A stretch of DNA of 64,000 bases from Vulcanimicrobiota bacterium (lineage in GTDB: Bacteria > Vulcanimicrobiota > Vulcanimicrobiia > Eremiobacterales > Eremiobacteraceae): contig CAWETU010000001.1 of the NCBI GenBank assembly GCA_963812135.1, forward strand, positions 576,001-640,000. The letters are read 5' to 3'. The notes under the pieces were generated by a model, which was not told the origin of the DNA, ran no database searches, and saw only the letters and a list, made by a program, of their open reading frames with translations. Both the position numbers and the translations under genes were made by a program. This document shows, piece by piece, positions 1-9,387 of this stretch. Positions within the stretch are counted from its first letter, which is position 1. Every line of letters begins with the position of its first letter.

Positions 1-2
1 GG

Positions 3-353
3 GTGCGACTAGCGATGTCGCGCGCCGCGATGGTCGACGGCCGTCACGTTGGCCGGCGCGAGGTCGCCGTGCAAGTCGCCGCCGAAGCGTCCGGGTTGCC
101 CATTCTCGACATCGAGCGCGCGATGAACGACCCTCGCACGGCGCCGGCCATGGAGAAAACCACACTGGAATACCAGGCGCTCGGTGTGCAGGTCCAGCCC
201 GCGTTCGTGCTGCGCAACGACATCGGCGACATGGCGATTCTGTCGGGCCTCTACCGTTACGAAACATTGGCGGCGTGCGCCGCAGAAATGCTCGCGGCCG
301 CGGACGGGTACGCGGCGTTCAGCGCGGCAAACCCGCAACCGAAACCGGCTTGA
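3..353 (+). CDS. DsbA/FrnE-like thioredoxin-fold protein, C-terminal part (5' truncated by window)
   Basis: Helical segment followed by 'YQALGVQVQPAFVL..LSG..YETL', resembling the DsbA-family C-terminus. Confidence 0.5.
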   Translation: MRLAMSRAAMVDGRHVGRREVAVQVAAEASGLPILDIERAMNDPRTAPAMEKTTLEYQALGVQVQPAFVLRNDIGDMAILSGLYRYETLAACAAEMLAAADGYAAFSAANPQPKPA

Positions 354-366
354 GAGGGGAAACACC

Positions 367-765
367 ATGAACATGACGCGCATGATCATCGCGGTGATCG
401 TCGTGTGGATCCTGTCGATCGCGTTCGGCACGGTCATCCACGCCATTTTGCTGCAAGCGGACTACAATCAGGTCGCGCAGCTCTACCGAAGCGCGCCCAA
501 TCTCCCGATGATCTTCGCGGCCTATCTCGCGTTCGCGATCGGCGCCGTCTGGCTGTACTCGCATGGCGTCCAGGACCGGCCTTGGTTCGGACAAGGCCTG
601 CGTTTCGGACTTGCGGTCTGGCTCGTCGTCAGCGTGACCTCGTTCCTGATCGAATATGCGACCCAGCCGGTGCCTGAGATGCTCGTCGCCAAGCAGATCG
701 GCTTCGAGCTGGTCAACAAATTGATCCTGGGCGTCGTGATCGCGGGAATCATCCGAAAGGCGTAA
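367..765 (+). CDS. Four-TM membrane protein of unknown function
   Basis: ATG at 367 after GAGAGGGG RBS; four hydrophobic segments. Confidence 0.7.
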   Translation: MNMTRMIIAVIVVWILSIAFGTVIHAILLQADYNQVAQLYRSAPNLPMIFAAYLAFAIGAVWLYSHGVQDRPWFGQGLRFGLAVWLVVSVTSFLIEYATQPVPEMLVAKQIGFELVNKLILGVVIAGIIRKA

Positions 766-792
766 GCAGTTGCAAACCTCTTGGCGAAAACC

Positions 793-2328
793 CTAACGCG
801 TCCATAACGAACGGTCCAACGAGCGATACCCGGCAGCTTCCGCGAGATGGTCGGGCGCGACGCGCTCCGAGCCCGCAAGATCAGCGATGGTCCGCGCCAC
901 GCGCAAGATCCGGTCGTGCGCGCGTGCCGAGAGATGCAGCTTCGTCACGGCAGCGGCCAACAGTGCGCGGCCGCGCTCGTCCAGCGCGCAGTGCTCGCGC
1001 AGCAGTTTCGCGGGCATCGACGCGTTCGAGCCGACGTTTCCAAGACGAAGACGCTGTCGCCGGCGCGCCGACTCGACACGCGCCCGCACTGCGGCAGAAC
1101 CTTCTGCGCTTTGGCCGCGCGACATGTCGTCGTACGGCAACCGCGGCACTTCGACGTGCATGTCGATGCGATCGAGCAGCGGACCCGACAGTTTCGAGAG
1201 ATAACGCGAGATCGCGATCGGCGAGCACGAACAGCCGCGCAGCTGGTCGCCGTGATAACCGCATGGGCACGGATTGAGGCTCGCGAGCAGCATGAAGTCA
1301 GCCGGATAGGTGATCGCGCCGCCGGCGCGGCTGATGGTGACCGACGCATCCTCGAGCGGCTGGCGTAACACTTCAAGCGCGGATCGAGGAAACTCGGGTA
1401 GCTCATCAAGGAAGAGCACGCCGCGGTGCGCGAGCGATACCTCGCCCGGTCGCGGCACGGAGCCGCCGCCCGCTAGCGCGGTGGCGCTGACCGTGTGATG
1501 CGGCGCGCGAAATGGTCGCGCGCAGATCAGCTCGGCGCGGTTGCGCAGCAGTCCGCTCACGCTGTAGAGTTTGGTGACTTCGAGCGCTTCCTCAGACGAC
1601 ATCGCTGGCATGATGGACGGCATCCGCCGAGCGAGCATCGTCTTGCCGCTGCCGGGCGGCCCGACGAAGAGCAGATTGTGCGCGCCGGCCGCCGCCACTT
1701 CCATCGCTCGCTTCGCGCGATCCTGACCTTTGACGTCATCCAGATCCTCGTGGAAGATCTCTCCCGCGCCGGCGACCTCGCGCGCGCCGTTGGACGAGCA
1801 GACGCCGGGTGCGCCGCGGCCGAGCACCACATCCACCGCTTGCGCGAGCGTGCGCACAGGGTGCAAGATCAGGCCGTCGACGAGCGCAGCTTCGGCGAGG
1901 TTGTCAGCGGGGACGATCAAGCGTTGGTGGCTCGAGCGCTTCACCCCGATCGCGATCGGCAACACGCCGCCGACCGGCTTGACGGAACCATCGAGCGCGA
2001 GTTCGCCGATCGCGACGACGTCGCGCAGCCGCCGCGCGTCGAGCTGTTGATCCATCGCAAGGATCGTCAACGCGAGCGCGACGTCGAACGCCGAGCCCTG
2101 TTTGCGCACGCCGGCGGGCGCGAGATTCACCACGACTTTGTAGGTCGGGAACAAGAAGCCGGATGAGCGCACCGCCGCGTTGACCCGCTCTTTGGATTCC
2201 TGAATCGACCGATCGGCCAAGCCGACGATATGGATCCCGATGTCGGTGGTCGGAATGCCGACGACCTCGACGCGCACGATATACGCGTCGATGCCGCGGA
2301 CCGCGGCCGAATAGCCGATGGCAAGCAT
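793..2328 (-). CDS. comM: YifB/ComM Mg-chelatase-like AAA+ ATPase
   Basis: IVGLAD..ESKERV, VNLAPA, GPPGSGKT, RPFRAPHH, LFLDELPEF, NPCPCG, SGPLLDRID. Confidence 0.95.
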   Translation of the reverse strand: MLAIGYSAAVRGIDAYIVRVEVVGIPTTDIGIHIVGLADRSIQESKERVNAAVRSSGFLFPTYKVVVNLAPAGVRKQGSAFDVALALTILAMDQQLDARRLRDVVAIGELALDGSVKPVGGVLPIAIGVKRSSHQRLIVPADNLAEAALVDGLILHPVRTLAQAVDVVLGRGAPGVCSSNGAREVAGAGEIFHEDLDDVKGQDRAKRAMEVAAAGAHNLLFVGPPGSGKTMLARRMPSIMPAMSSEEALEVTKLYSVSGLLRNRAELICARPFRAPHHTVSATALAGGGSVPRPGEVSLAHRGVLFLDELPEFPRSALEVLRQPLEDASVTISRAGGAITYPADFMLLASLNPCPCGYHGDQLRGCSCSPIAISRYLSKLSGPLLDRIDMHVEVPRLPYDDMSRGQSAEGSAAVRARVESARRRQRLRLGNVGSNASMPAKLLREHCALDERGRALLAAAVTKLHLSARAHDRILRVARTIADLAGSERVAPDHLAEAAGYRSLDRSLWTR

Positions 2329-2378
2329 CTGCCATGCTTGTCACGGGTCGTGCCCGGAGCGTCAAGGGGAGCTCAGGG

Positions 2379-3026
2379 TCACTGGAAGCATTGCGGCGAC
2401 GAGTTGCCGTAGAGGTCCGTCCATCCGACGAACAGGTGGCTATTGAACCCGCCGTCGTTGCATGCCAACCATGCGATCGTGTCAGTGTTGCCATAGGTCG
2501 TGAATAGGTCGTTGTCGAGCGTGTTGATGTTGTTTCGCACCAGAGTCAGCTCGCCGAACAAGAGCGTTTCGTCAACGCTCACCTCTTGCTGCAACGCGGT
2601 GATCTGTTGTGCCATCTGCGCCTGCTGCGCTTCGAGCTGTTGGATGGTGCTCGGCTGGACGGTGACGGGGATGGGAATCGGAACGTAGTGCCACACCGTG
2701 AGTGACTTGCTGAACTTGGCGTGCTGGTCCGAGAACGTCGCTAGACCCGGCTTGATATCCGTGACTTTGATATTCGAGCGCACGGTCTTGGGCGGCGACT
2801 TGTGCACCAACAATAGCGAGGTCTGAGCGTGGCCGCCTTTCGATACTTCTTTCTCAAGGTCGTTCACCCGCGACTGCAGGGCGGCGATGAGCTTTCCCTG
2901 CGCGGCGACTTGTTGCGCCAGAGACGAGCTCGAAGGCGCGCTCGCCTCGGCCCGAGCGAGGAGCGCACCGGCCCCTAAGATGCCTGCAGCCAGAAGAACC
3001 GGGACGATAAAAATACGAGCGTGCAT
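2379..3026 (-). CDS. Secreted hypothetical protein with coiled-coil segments
   Basis: Signal-peptide-like N-terminus; heptad-like Q/L-rich runs. Confidence 0.65.
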   Translation of the reverse strand: MHARIFIVPVLLAAGILGAGALLARAEASAPSSSSLAQQVAAQGKLIAALQSRVNDLEKEVSKGGHAQTSLLLVHKSPPKTVRSNIKVTDIKPGLATFSDQHAKFSKSLTVWHYVPIPIPVTVQPSTIQQLEAQQAQMAQQITALQQEVSVDETLLFGELTLVRNNINTLDNDLFTTYGNTDTIAWLACNDGGFNSHLFVGWTDLYGNSSPQCFQ

Positions 3027-3168
3027 AGCTTTGCTCTCCTTTTGCGCGCGGGTTCAGTGCAGCCGCCGCGATGCCCTCGCGGCATGCCGGGCGCAAGGGG
3101 AATCCGAAGGCGCCCAGCGGAACGGCCTCGCCACAGAACAACGTCACCGCAGGAAAGGAAGACGGTCT

Positions 3169-3645
3169 ATGCTGACTCGCCTTACGTTTGTCGCCGTCGC
3201 GATGTTGGTGCTCCTGTCGGCTCGCATGCCCGCGCAGGCCGATACGATGGCCCGCGACCAGCAAGATGTGCGCGCCGCGTACGTGTCGTTCATGGGCGCG
3301 CAGAACGGGCATAATCTCAGCGCAGTGCAACAAGCGCTGTGGAACGATCCAAGCCTGGTGTGGCTCACCGTTGCGGGCCCGATCTATGGCCCGACCGCGG
3401 TATTGGCCCACTTCAAGCAGCTCTTCGCGGGCGTGTGGAGCGCGGCGCCGGACTACAGCAACACGCACATCCTAATACGGACGGCGCAAACGGCAGATGT
3501 CGTCTCGCCGGTGAACATCACCGCGACCGTCGGGGGCAGCCCGTACACCGCGAAAGCCGTCGTGGTGACGACGTTCGTCAAGGTGGCCGACGGTTGGAAA
3601 GTCGCCGGCATCGTGCCGGTCGCCGCAGCGGTCAAGAACTACTAA
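3169..3645 (+). CDS. Secreted NTF2/SnoaL-like (DUF4440-type) protein
   Basis: Signal peptide ending AQA; 'VRAAY..F..AQN', 'FVKVADGWKV'. Confidence 0.75.
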   Translation: MLTRLTFVAVAMLVLLSARMPAQADTMARDQQDVRAAYVSFMGAQNGHNLSAVQQALWNDPSLVWLTVAGPIYGPTAVLAHFKQLFAGVWSAAPDYSNTHILIRTAQTADVVSPVNITATVGGSPYTAKAVVVTTFVKVADGWKVAGIVPVAAAVKNY

Positions 3646-3671
3646 ACGCTACATAGCAACGCTGGGCGGAG

Positions 3672-3700
3672 CGGGAGCATCGTACGATGCTCCCGTTTTG
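3672..3700 (+). terminator. Intrinsic terminator
   Basis: Perfect palindrome CGGGAGCATCG-TA-CGATGCTCCCG followed by TTTTG. Confidence 0.75.
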
Positions 3701-3779
3701 TTGTGCAAACCGTGGGGTTTTCCTGAGACCATAACGCTTCCCAGCTCCATCACGTAACCTGTGAATGGAGGTCAATACA

Positions 3780-4481
3780 ATGATCCAAATCAGGAAGCTC
3801 CAACCAATCGCTCGCCCGCTCGTCGCTGCCGCGGTCGCGCTGGCGCTCATCGTGGGCGTCGCGCGTCCGGTATACGCGGACGGGGCAGCATCAACACGCA
3901 ACATCATTCTGGGCGCTGCGGCAGCTGTCGCAGGAGTGATCCTGTACAACAACATCCATCAGAAGCAGGTCGCGCACAACACGGTCGTCGGTTATACGCA
4001 AAACGGCGGCACCGTCTACGCGGACGGACGGATCGTGTATCCGAACGGCACCGTCGTCTACACTGCGAACGGCAACGGCCAACGATGCGCATGGGACGGC
4101 TCACAAACATATTGCCCGAACAATCCGACGGTCTACAATCCGAACTACGGATATCAGAACAACGGATACGGATATCAGAACACCGGTTACAACTATAACG
4201 GCTACAACAACGGCTACAACAACGCCCAATACGATAACAATCAGTACAACCCGAATCAAAACGGCCGGGATCGAGACGACCGGTACAACAACGGGCAGAA
4301 CAACAACGCCAACTGGCAAAATAACAACACCAACTGGAAAAACAACAACACCAACTGGCAGAATAACAACAATTACAACTATGCCAACGCGCACGGCAAC
4401 CGCGGCAATCAGACGCGTTACGCGCAATGGAACGGCAACCGCGGCGATAACAATCAGGGCAACAACAAGGGCGACCACTAG
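3780..4481 (+). CDS. Secreted protein with Asn/Gly/Tyr/Gln-rich low-complexity C-terminus
   Basis: GGAGG RBS, signal peptide ending VYA, NWQNNN-type repeats. Confidence 0.8.
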   Translation: MIQIRKLQPIARPLVAAAVALALIVGVARPVYADGAASTRNIILGAAAAVAGVILYNNIHQKQVAHNTVVGYTQNGGTVYADGRIVYPNGTVVYTANGNGQRCAWDGSQTYCPNNPTVYNPNYGYQNNGYGYQNTGYNYNGYNNGYNNAQYDNNQYNPNQNGRDRDDRYNNGQNNNANWQNNNTNWKNNNTNWQNNNNYNYANAHGNRGNQTRYAQWNGNRGDNNQGNNKGDH

Positions 4482-4510
4482 CGCCTCGCCTTGCCTCCAG
4501 TTGACCGAAG

Positions 4511-4551
4511 CGGGAGCGGCCGGCCGCGGATGCGGACGGCCGCCCTCTTTT
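4511..4551 (+). terminator. Probable intrinsic terminator
   Basis: GC-rich stem (GCGGCCG...CGGCCGC) followed by CTCTTTT. Confidence 0.55.
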
Positions 4552-4689
4552 GGGCCGAATACGGTTTTTTCGGTTTTTTCGATGACCGTCCGCCCGGGAA
4601 TTGCAACGCCCCGCCTCGTATCGCACCCGAGTGGCGGGCACGCATGTGACCTTAATGGCTTTAGGCGGGCTTAACTATCGCGTGGCTCT

Positions 4690-4732
4690 CTATCCACATA
4701 TCCACACAAACCCGAGCGAACCGTGTGGATAG
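4690..4732. promoter_or_regulatory. Cluster of three DnaA-box-like motifs
   Basis: TATCCACA at 4691-4698 and 4699-4706, TGTGGATA at 4724-4731; each matches 8/9 of TTATCCACA. Confidence 0.5.
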
Positions 4733-4810
4733 GAGCGCAGCAGCGCATTCGAACAGTCATGCGGTCCGTATCGTCCGGCAGGACGGCGCAACGGCTCTTT
4801 GGAGGATGAT

Positions 4811-5785
4811 TTGAAGCAGCGTACGGTCACACTTTTGGCGATCGCAGGGGCGATCGCGCTCATGGCGGGCTGCGCGAAAAGCTCGGCGCCGACGACCGCC
4901 CAGAGCCCTGGCGCGGCGGCGCCCGCCGCCAGCGGCAATGCGGGTTCGAAGAGCATCGGCGTGTCGCTCCTCGATCTGCAAGCGCAGTTCTATCAGGTCA
5001 TGGAGCAAGGCATGAAAGACGAGGCCGGCAAGTATGGCTACACCATCGTCTTCACCGACGCCAATCACGATCAGGCCAAGCAGACGTCGCAGGTCGAAGA
5101 TTTCATCAGCAAACACGTCGACGTCATCATTCTCTCGCCGGCGGATTCGAAAGCGGTCGGCCCGGCGATCGTCGAGGCGAACAACGCGAACGTGCCGGTG
5201 TTCACGGCCGACATCGCGAGCACCGCATCCAAGGGCGTCGTCGTCGCGCACATCGCATCCGACAATATCCAAGGCGGCCAAGTCGCGGCTGATCTGATGT
5301 GCGCCGCGCTTAAAGGATCGGGCGACATCGCGATCATCGACGAACCAGAAGTGACGTCGGTGCAAGACCGCGTGAAAGGATTCAAACAAGAGCTGGCCGC
5401 CAAATGTCCGAACGTGCGCATCGTCGCCGATCAGACCGCGGGGGGCGATCGCGCCAAGGCCTATGACGTGGCGACCAATCTGCTGCAATCGTATCCGCAT
5501 CTCGCCGGCATCTTCGGCATCAACGATGACTCGGCGCTCGGCGCGCTGCGCGCGGTGAACACCGCAGGCATGACCGGCAAAGTGAAGATCGTCGGCTACG
5601 ACGCGAACCCCGAAGCCCAAAAAGCGATCGACGCAGGCCAGATGGTCGGCGATCCCGAGCAGCATCCGGATCAGATCGGCAAGCTGACGATCGACGCCAT
5701 CCACGACTATTTCTCGGGCAAGACGCCGCCGGCGAAGATCCCGGTCAGCGTCGGTTCGTACACGGGGCCCGCACCGGCGAAATAA
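4811..5785 (+). CDS. Sugar ABC transporter substrate-binding lipoprotein (RbsB-like)
   Basis: Lipobox LMAGC; IASDNIQGG, NDDSALGA, VGYD; TTG start after GGAGG. Confidence 0.92.
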   Translation: MKQRTVTLLAIAGAIALMAGCAKSSAPTTAQSPGAAAPAASGNAGSKSIGVSLLDLQAQFYQVMEQGMKDEAGKYGYTIVFTDANHDQAKQTSQVEDFISKHVDVIILSPADSKAVGPAIVEANNANVPVFTADIASTASKGVVVAHIASDNIQGGQVAADLMCAALKGSGDIAIIDEPEVTSVQDRVKGFKQELAAKCPNVRIVADQTAGGDRAKAYDVATNLLQSYPHLAGIFGINDDSALGALRAVNTAGMTGKVKIVGYDANPEAQKAIDAGQMVGDPEQHPDQIGKLTIDAIHDYFSGKTPPAKIPVSVGSYTGPAPAK

Positions 5786-5790
5786 GCGGC

Positions 5791-7314
5791 ATGTCGAGCA
5801 TCGACGCCGCAGCGCCGGCGCCGCCCTACCTCGTCCTGCACGGGATCACAAAGAACTACCCGGGCGTGCGCGCGCTCGACGGCGTCGATTTCGACGTGCG
5901 TCCTGGCGAAGTGCACGCGCTGGTCGGCGAGAACGGCGCGGGCAAGTCGACGCTGGTCAACATCTTGTCGGGCGCGGTGCGTGCCGACGCGGGCACGATC
6001 AGCGTGCAAGGGCGCGAGGTCACGATCGCCACGCCACGCCAAGCCGAAGCGCTTGGCATCGCGGTGATCCATCAAGAATTCAACTTGGTGCCGCAGCTGA
6101 CCGCGGCGGAGAACATCGTGCTCGGCCACGAGCCCGTGCGCGGTCTCGCCATCGACACGCGCGAGGTCCACGTGCGCGCGGCGGCAGCGCTGTCGCGACT
6201 CGGCGTGAGCCTGCCGCTCGACGCCCAAGTGAAGACGCTGTCGGTCGCGCAGCAGCAGACGATCGAGATCGCCAAGGCGCTCTCCGTCGAAGCGCGCGTG
6301 ATCTTCATGGACGAGCCCTCGGCTGCGTTGACCGGCCAGGAAGTCGACCGGCTCTTCGCCATCATCCGCACGCTGACTGCGCACGGTGTGGGCATCGTCT
6401 ACATCTCACACCGCTTGGAGGAAGTGTTCCAGATCGCCGACCGGATCACGGTCTTTCGCGATGGCCGGCTCATCGAGACGCGGTCCAAAGCCGAGCTCAC
6501 GCAGGACGATGTCATCCGCCTCATGGTCGGGCGGACGCTCGACGCGCATTTCCCGACCTTGCCGCCGGATCCGCCGCGCGACAAGCCGTTGCTCTCGGTG
6601 CGCAACTTGACGACGCCGGGCCGCATCAACGACGTGAGCCTCGATGTCTATCCGGGAGAGATCTACGGCATCGCCGGACTGGTGGGATCCGGTCGAACAT
6701 CATTGCTGCGCGCGATCTGCGGCGCAGATCGTTTCGGATCGGGTACGGTCACGCTCGCCGGCACCCAGCTCCATCTCAGCGGTCCGCACGATGCGATCGA
6801 AGCCGGACTCGCGCTCGTGACTGAAGACCGCAAAACGCAAGGCCTCATCCTCGGCATGTCGATCCGCGAAAACGTCACGCTGCCGCATCTCGAGGACTTC
6901 GCGCGCTTCGGAGTCGTCGACCGAGGAAAAGAAACCGTCGCCGTCGCAGCCCTGGCGGCCGAATTGCGCGTGCGCGCGCGCTCGATCGAGCAAGCCGTAC
7001 GTTCTCTGTCGGGCGGGAATCAACAAAAAGTCGTGCTGGCGAAGTGGTTGTTGGAACGGGCGACGTTCATCTGCTTCGACGAGCCGACGCGCGGCATCGA
7101 CGTGGGCGCCAAAGCGGAGATCTACGACCTCATGGTGTCGCTCGCCAACGGCGGCACCGGCATCATCATGGTCTCGTCGGAACTGCCCGAGGTCCTCGGC
7201 ATGTCGATGCGCATCGGCGTGATGCGCGGCGGCAGAATCGTGCGCGAATTCGCGCGGGGAGAAGCCACGCAAGAGACGGTCATCCGGCTGGCGACCGGCG
7301 CGGCGGCGGCCTGA
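5791..7314 (+). CDS. Sugar ABC transporter ATP-binding protein (RbsA-like)
   Basis: GENGAGKST, LSGGNQQK, DEPTRGIDVGAK. Confidence 0.95.
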   Translation: MSSIDAAAPAPPYLVLHGITKNYPGVRALDGVDFDVRPGEVHALVGENGAGKSTLVNILSGAVRADAGTISVQGREVTIATPRQAEALGIAVIHQEFNLVPQLTAAENIVLGHEPVRGLAIDTREVHVRAAAALSRLGVSLPLDAQVKTLSVAQQQTIEIAKALSVEARVIFMDEPSAALTGQEVDRLFAIIRTLTAHGVGIVYISHRLEEVFQIADRITVFRDGRLIETRSKAELTQDDVIRLMVGRTLDAHFPTLPPDPPRDKPLLSVRNLTTPGRINDVSLDVYPGEIYGIAGLVGSGRTSLLRAICGADRFGSGTVTLAGTQLHLSGPHDAIEAGLALVTEDRKTQGLILGMSIRENVTLPHLEDFARFGVVDRGKETVAVAALAAELRVRARSIEQAVRSLSGGNQQKVVLAKWLLERATFICFDEPTRGIDVGAKAEIYDLMVSLANGGTGIIMVSSELPEVLGMSMRIGVMRGGRIVREFARGEATQETVIRLATGAAAA

Positions 7315-7316
7315 CG

Positions 7317-8372
7317 ATGGCCGCGATCCCGCCGCCGCCACCGCAAGCCGTCGAAGCCGGCGAGGCCGCGGCCGCCGCATCGGCCGCAAAAGCGCGCCGT
7401 GGGGCGGCCTGGCGTGCGGCTGGGCTGGTCGCGGGTTTGGCCGTGCTGCTCACCGCGCTCAATGCCTTGACACACGGTGATTTCCTCGCACCGGGCAACG
7501 TCGTTAACGTGCTGCGCCAGATCTCGGTCAACGCCATCCTCGCAGCCGGGCAGACGTTCGTGATCATCACGGCGGGCATCGATCTCTCGGTCGGCTCGCT
7601 GATCGCGCTGACCGGCGTGCTCATGGCGGGCGTGCTGTCGCGCGAATCGTCGGCGACGTTCGGCGTCCTGCTGGCCACGCTGGTCGGCGTCGGCGTCGGC
7701 GGCGCGGCCGGCACCATCAACGGATTGCCGGTCGTCAGGTTCAACCTGCCGCCCTTCATCACGACGCTTGCGATGATGCTCATGGCGCGCGGCGCGGCCT
7801 TTTTGTACACTGGCGGAAGTCCGATCGAGATCGACAACGACAAGTTCAACTTCATCGGCAGCGGATTCGTCAGCATCGGCCATCTCTTCAATCTGCCCGG
7901 CATTCCCGTGCCGGTCATCGTGATGCTGGCCGTCGTGCTCGCCGGGCATTTCGTGCTCACGCGCACGCGCTTCGGGCGCTACGTCTACGCGATCGGCGGC
8001 AACGAGGAAGCGGCGCGCCTATCCGGCGTGAATGTGTTCGGCGTCAAACTCAGCGTTTACATCATTTCGGGCGCGCTCGCCGGCATCGCCAGCCTGCTGC
8101 TGGCGGCGCGACTGAATTCAGGCATACCGCAATCAGGCCAGGGCTACGAGCTGCAGTCGATCGCGGCCGTGGTGGTCGGCGGCACGTCGCTGATGGGCGG
8201 CCGAGGTTCCATCGCCGGAACGTTCGTCGGCGCCTTGCTCATCGGCATGTTGTATAATCTGATGAATCTGCTCAACGTCCAGTCGTACGCGCAGGAAGTC
8301 GTCCTCGGCGCGGTGATATTGGCTGCGGTACTGCTCGACGAGCTGCGTAAGCGCTACTTCACGTCAGGATAA
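7317..8372 (+). CDS. Sugar ABC transporter permease (RbsC-like)
   Basis: GIDLSVGS, GGNEEAARLSGV, IAAVVVGGTSL.GG.G. Confidence 0.95.
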   Translation: MAAIPPPPPQAVEAGEAAAAASAAKARRGAAWRAAGLVAGLAVLLTALNALTHGDFLAPGNVVNVLRQISVNAILAAGQTFVIITAGIDLSVGSLIALTGVLMAGVLSRESSATFGVLLATLVGVGVGGAAGTINGLPVVRFNLPPFITTLAMMLMARGAAFLYTGGSPIEIDNDKFNFIGSGFVSIGHLFNLPGIPVPVIVMLAVVLAGHFVLTRTRFGRYVYAIGGNEEAARLSGVNVFGVKLSVYIISGALAGIASLLLAARLNSGIPQSGQGYELQSIAAVVVGGTSLMGGRGSIAGTFVGALLIGMLYNLMNLLNVQSYAQEVVLGAVILAAVLLDELRKRYFTSG

Positions 8373-8378
8373 GGAGTT

Positions 8379-8717
8379 ATGGCGGAGCACATCTGGGAAC
8401 GGCTCGACCCGATGGTCGCGCGCTGGAAGAAATTCACCGGACCGGACGACGCCGAGCGCCTGGCGGCCGTCGAGCATTCCCTGACGCCTGAGCTGCAACG
8501 TTTGCTCAAGGAGTTCGAAGAAGTGCGCGTCGATATCGCCACGTACATCGCCGCGCTCGAAAAGAAATACGGCGTGTTCGAGACCGGCGACCTCGGCGCC
8601 GACGCCGCTCCGGACGCCAAAGACATCACGCGCCATCAATCGCTGCTCGCGCTGCGCCAGGCCGCCGAAGATGCGAGCGCGGAACTGGACGATCGAGCAG
8701 CGACGGGAGAAGTTTAG
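8379..8717 (+). CDS. Hypothetical helical protein
   Basis: AAGGAG RBS directly after the permease. Confidence 0.65.
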   Translation: MAEHIWERLDPMVARWKKFTGPDDAERLAAVEHSLTPELQRLLKEFEEVRVDIATYIAALEKKYGVFETGDLGADAAPDAKDITRHQSLLALRQAAEDASAELDDRAATGEV

Positions 8718-8719
8718 AG

Positions 8720-8741
8720 CCGAGCTGCGCTCGAGTGCTAC
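8720..8741 (-). repeat. GTAG-capped REP-like palindrome (family B)
   Basis: GTAG-CACT-CGAGC-GCA-GCTCG-G between convergent genes. Confidence 0.5.
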
Positions 8742-8745
8742 TGCG

Positions 8746-9387
8746 TTAGACGTGCCAGGTCGAGTCGGGCAGCGTGACGTTCACTTGGACGTCTGAATAC
8801 GTCTCGTGCCGCGCCACCGTTCCCGTGCCTTCGTATTCGGTGACCTCGACCGGCAGGCCATTCGCACCGAGCGTCATGACCTCTTTGACGATGCCGTCGT
8901 TCTGCGTCGGGTCTTCCGGTATGCCCGTCATCGTGAAGCGGTCGCCGTCGATCGTGACCTCCGTCGACTTCCATTTCATCGACTTGATCTGATCGAGCGC
9001 GGCACCGAAGGGCGCCTGCGCGATCGTCCGGCCGCGCATCGACGTGGCGGTGTGGTTGTGGATGTTCAGGTTGAGATGGATCGGCGAAAGCCAGCCGCCT
9101 TGATGCCCGACGACGCGGTCGCCGCCTTGCCAAACCGCGGCGCTGCCTTTGCCGTCGCCGCCGACGATATCGAGCCGGCACGACGTCGGCTTTTGGAATT
9201 TGATCGCGTAGACGCGGTCCTGGGTCCGGCCGTTCAGGTACTCGCGAGCGGTGATCGTGGCCTGGTAGGTGTTCAGACCATCCCATGCCGTCTGGAATTT
9301 GCTGATCCACTGTTCGCTCGACATCGGGGCGGCAGGCGACGCGCCCATCATCAGCACGGCTGCCGCGAGGATGCCAAGGTATCTCAT
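8746..9387 (-). CDS. Secreted LolA-like/DUF1571-type protein
   Basis: Signal peptide; beta-rich sequence with 'FQKP..RLDI' and 'TYSDVQVNVTLPDSTW'. Confidence 0.65.
   Translation of the reverse strand: MRYLGILAAAVLMMGASPAAPMSSEQWISKFQTAWDGLNTYQATITAREYLNGRTQDRVYAIKFQKPTSCRLDIVGGDGKGSAAVWQGGDRVVGHQGGWLSPIHLNLNIHNHTATSMRGRTIAQAPFGAALDQIKSMKWKSTEVTIDGDRFTMTGIPEDPTQNDGIVKEVMTLGANGLPVEVTEYEGTGTVARHETYSDVQVNVTLPDSTWHV

Noticed and set aside
4560..4800. oriC
   Set aside because: Only three imperfect DnaA boxes, no clear AT-rich unwinding element, and no dnaA or dnaN in the window.
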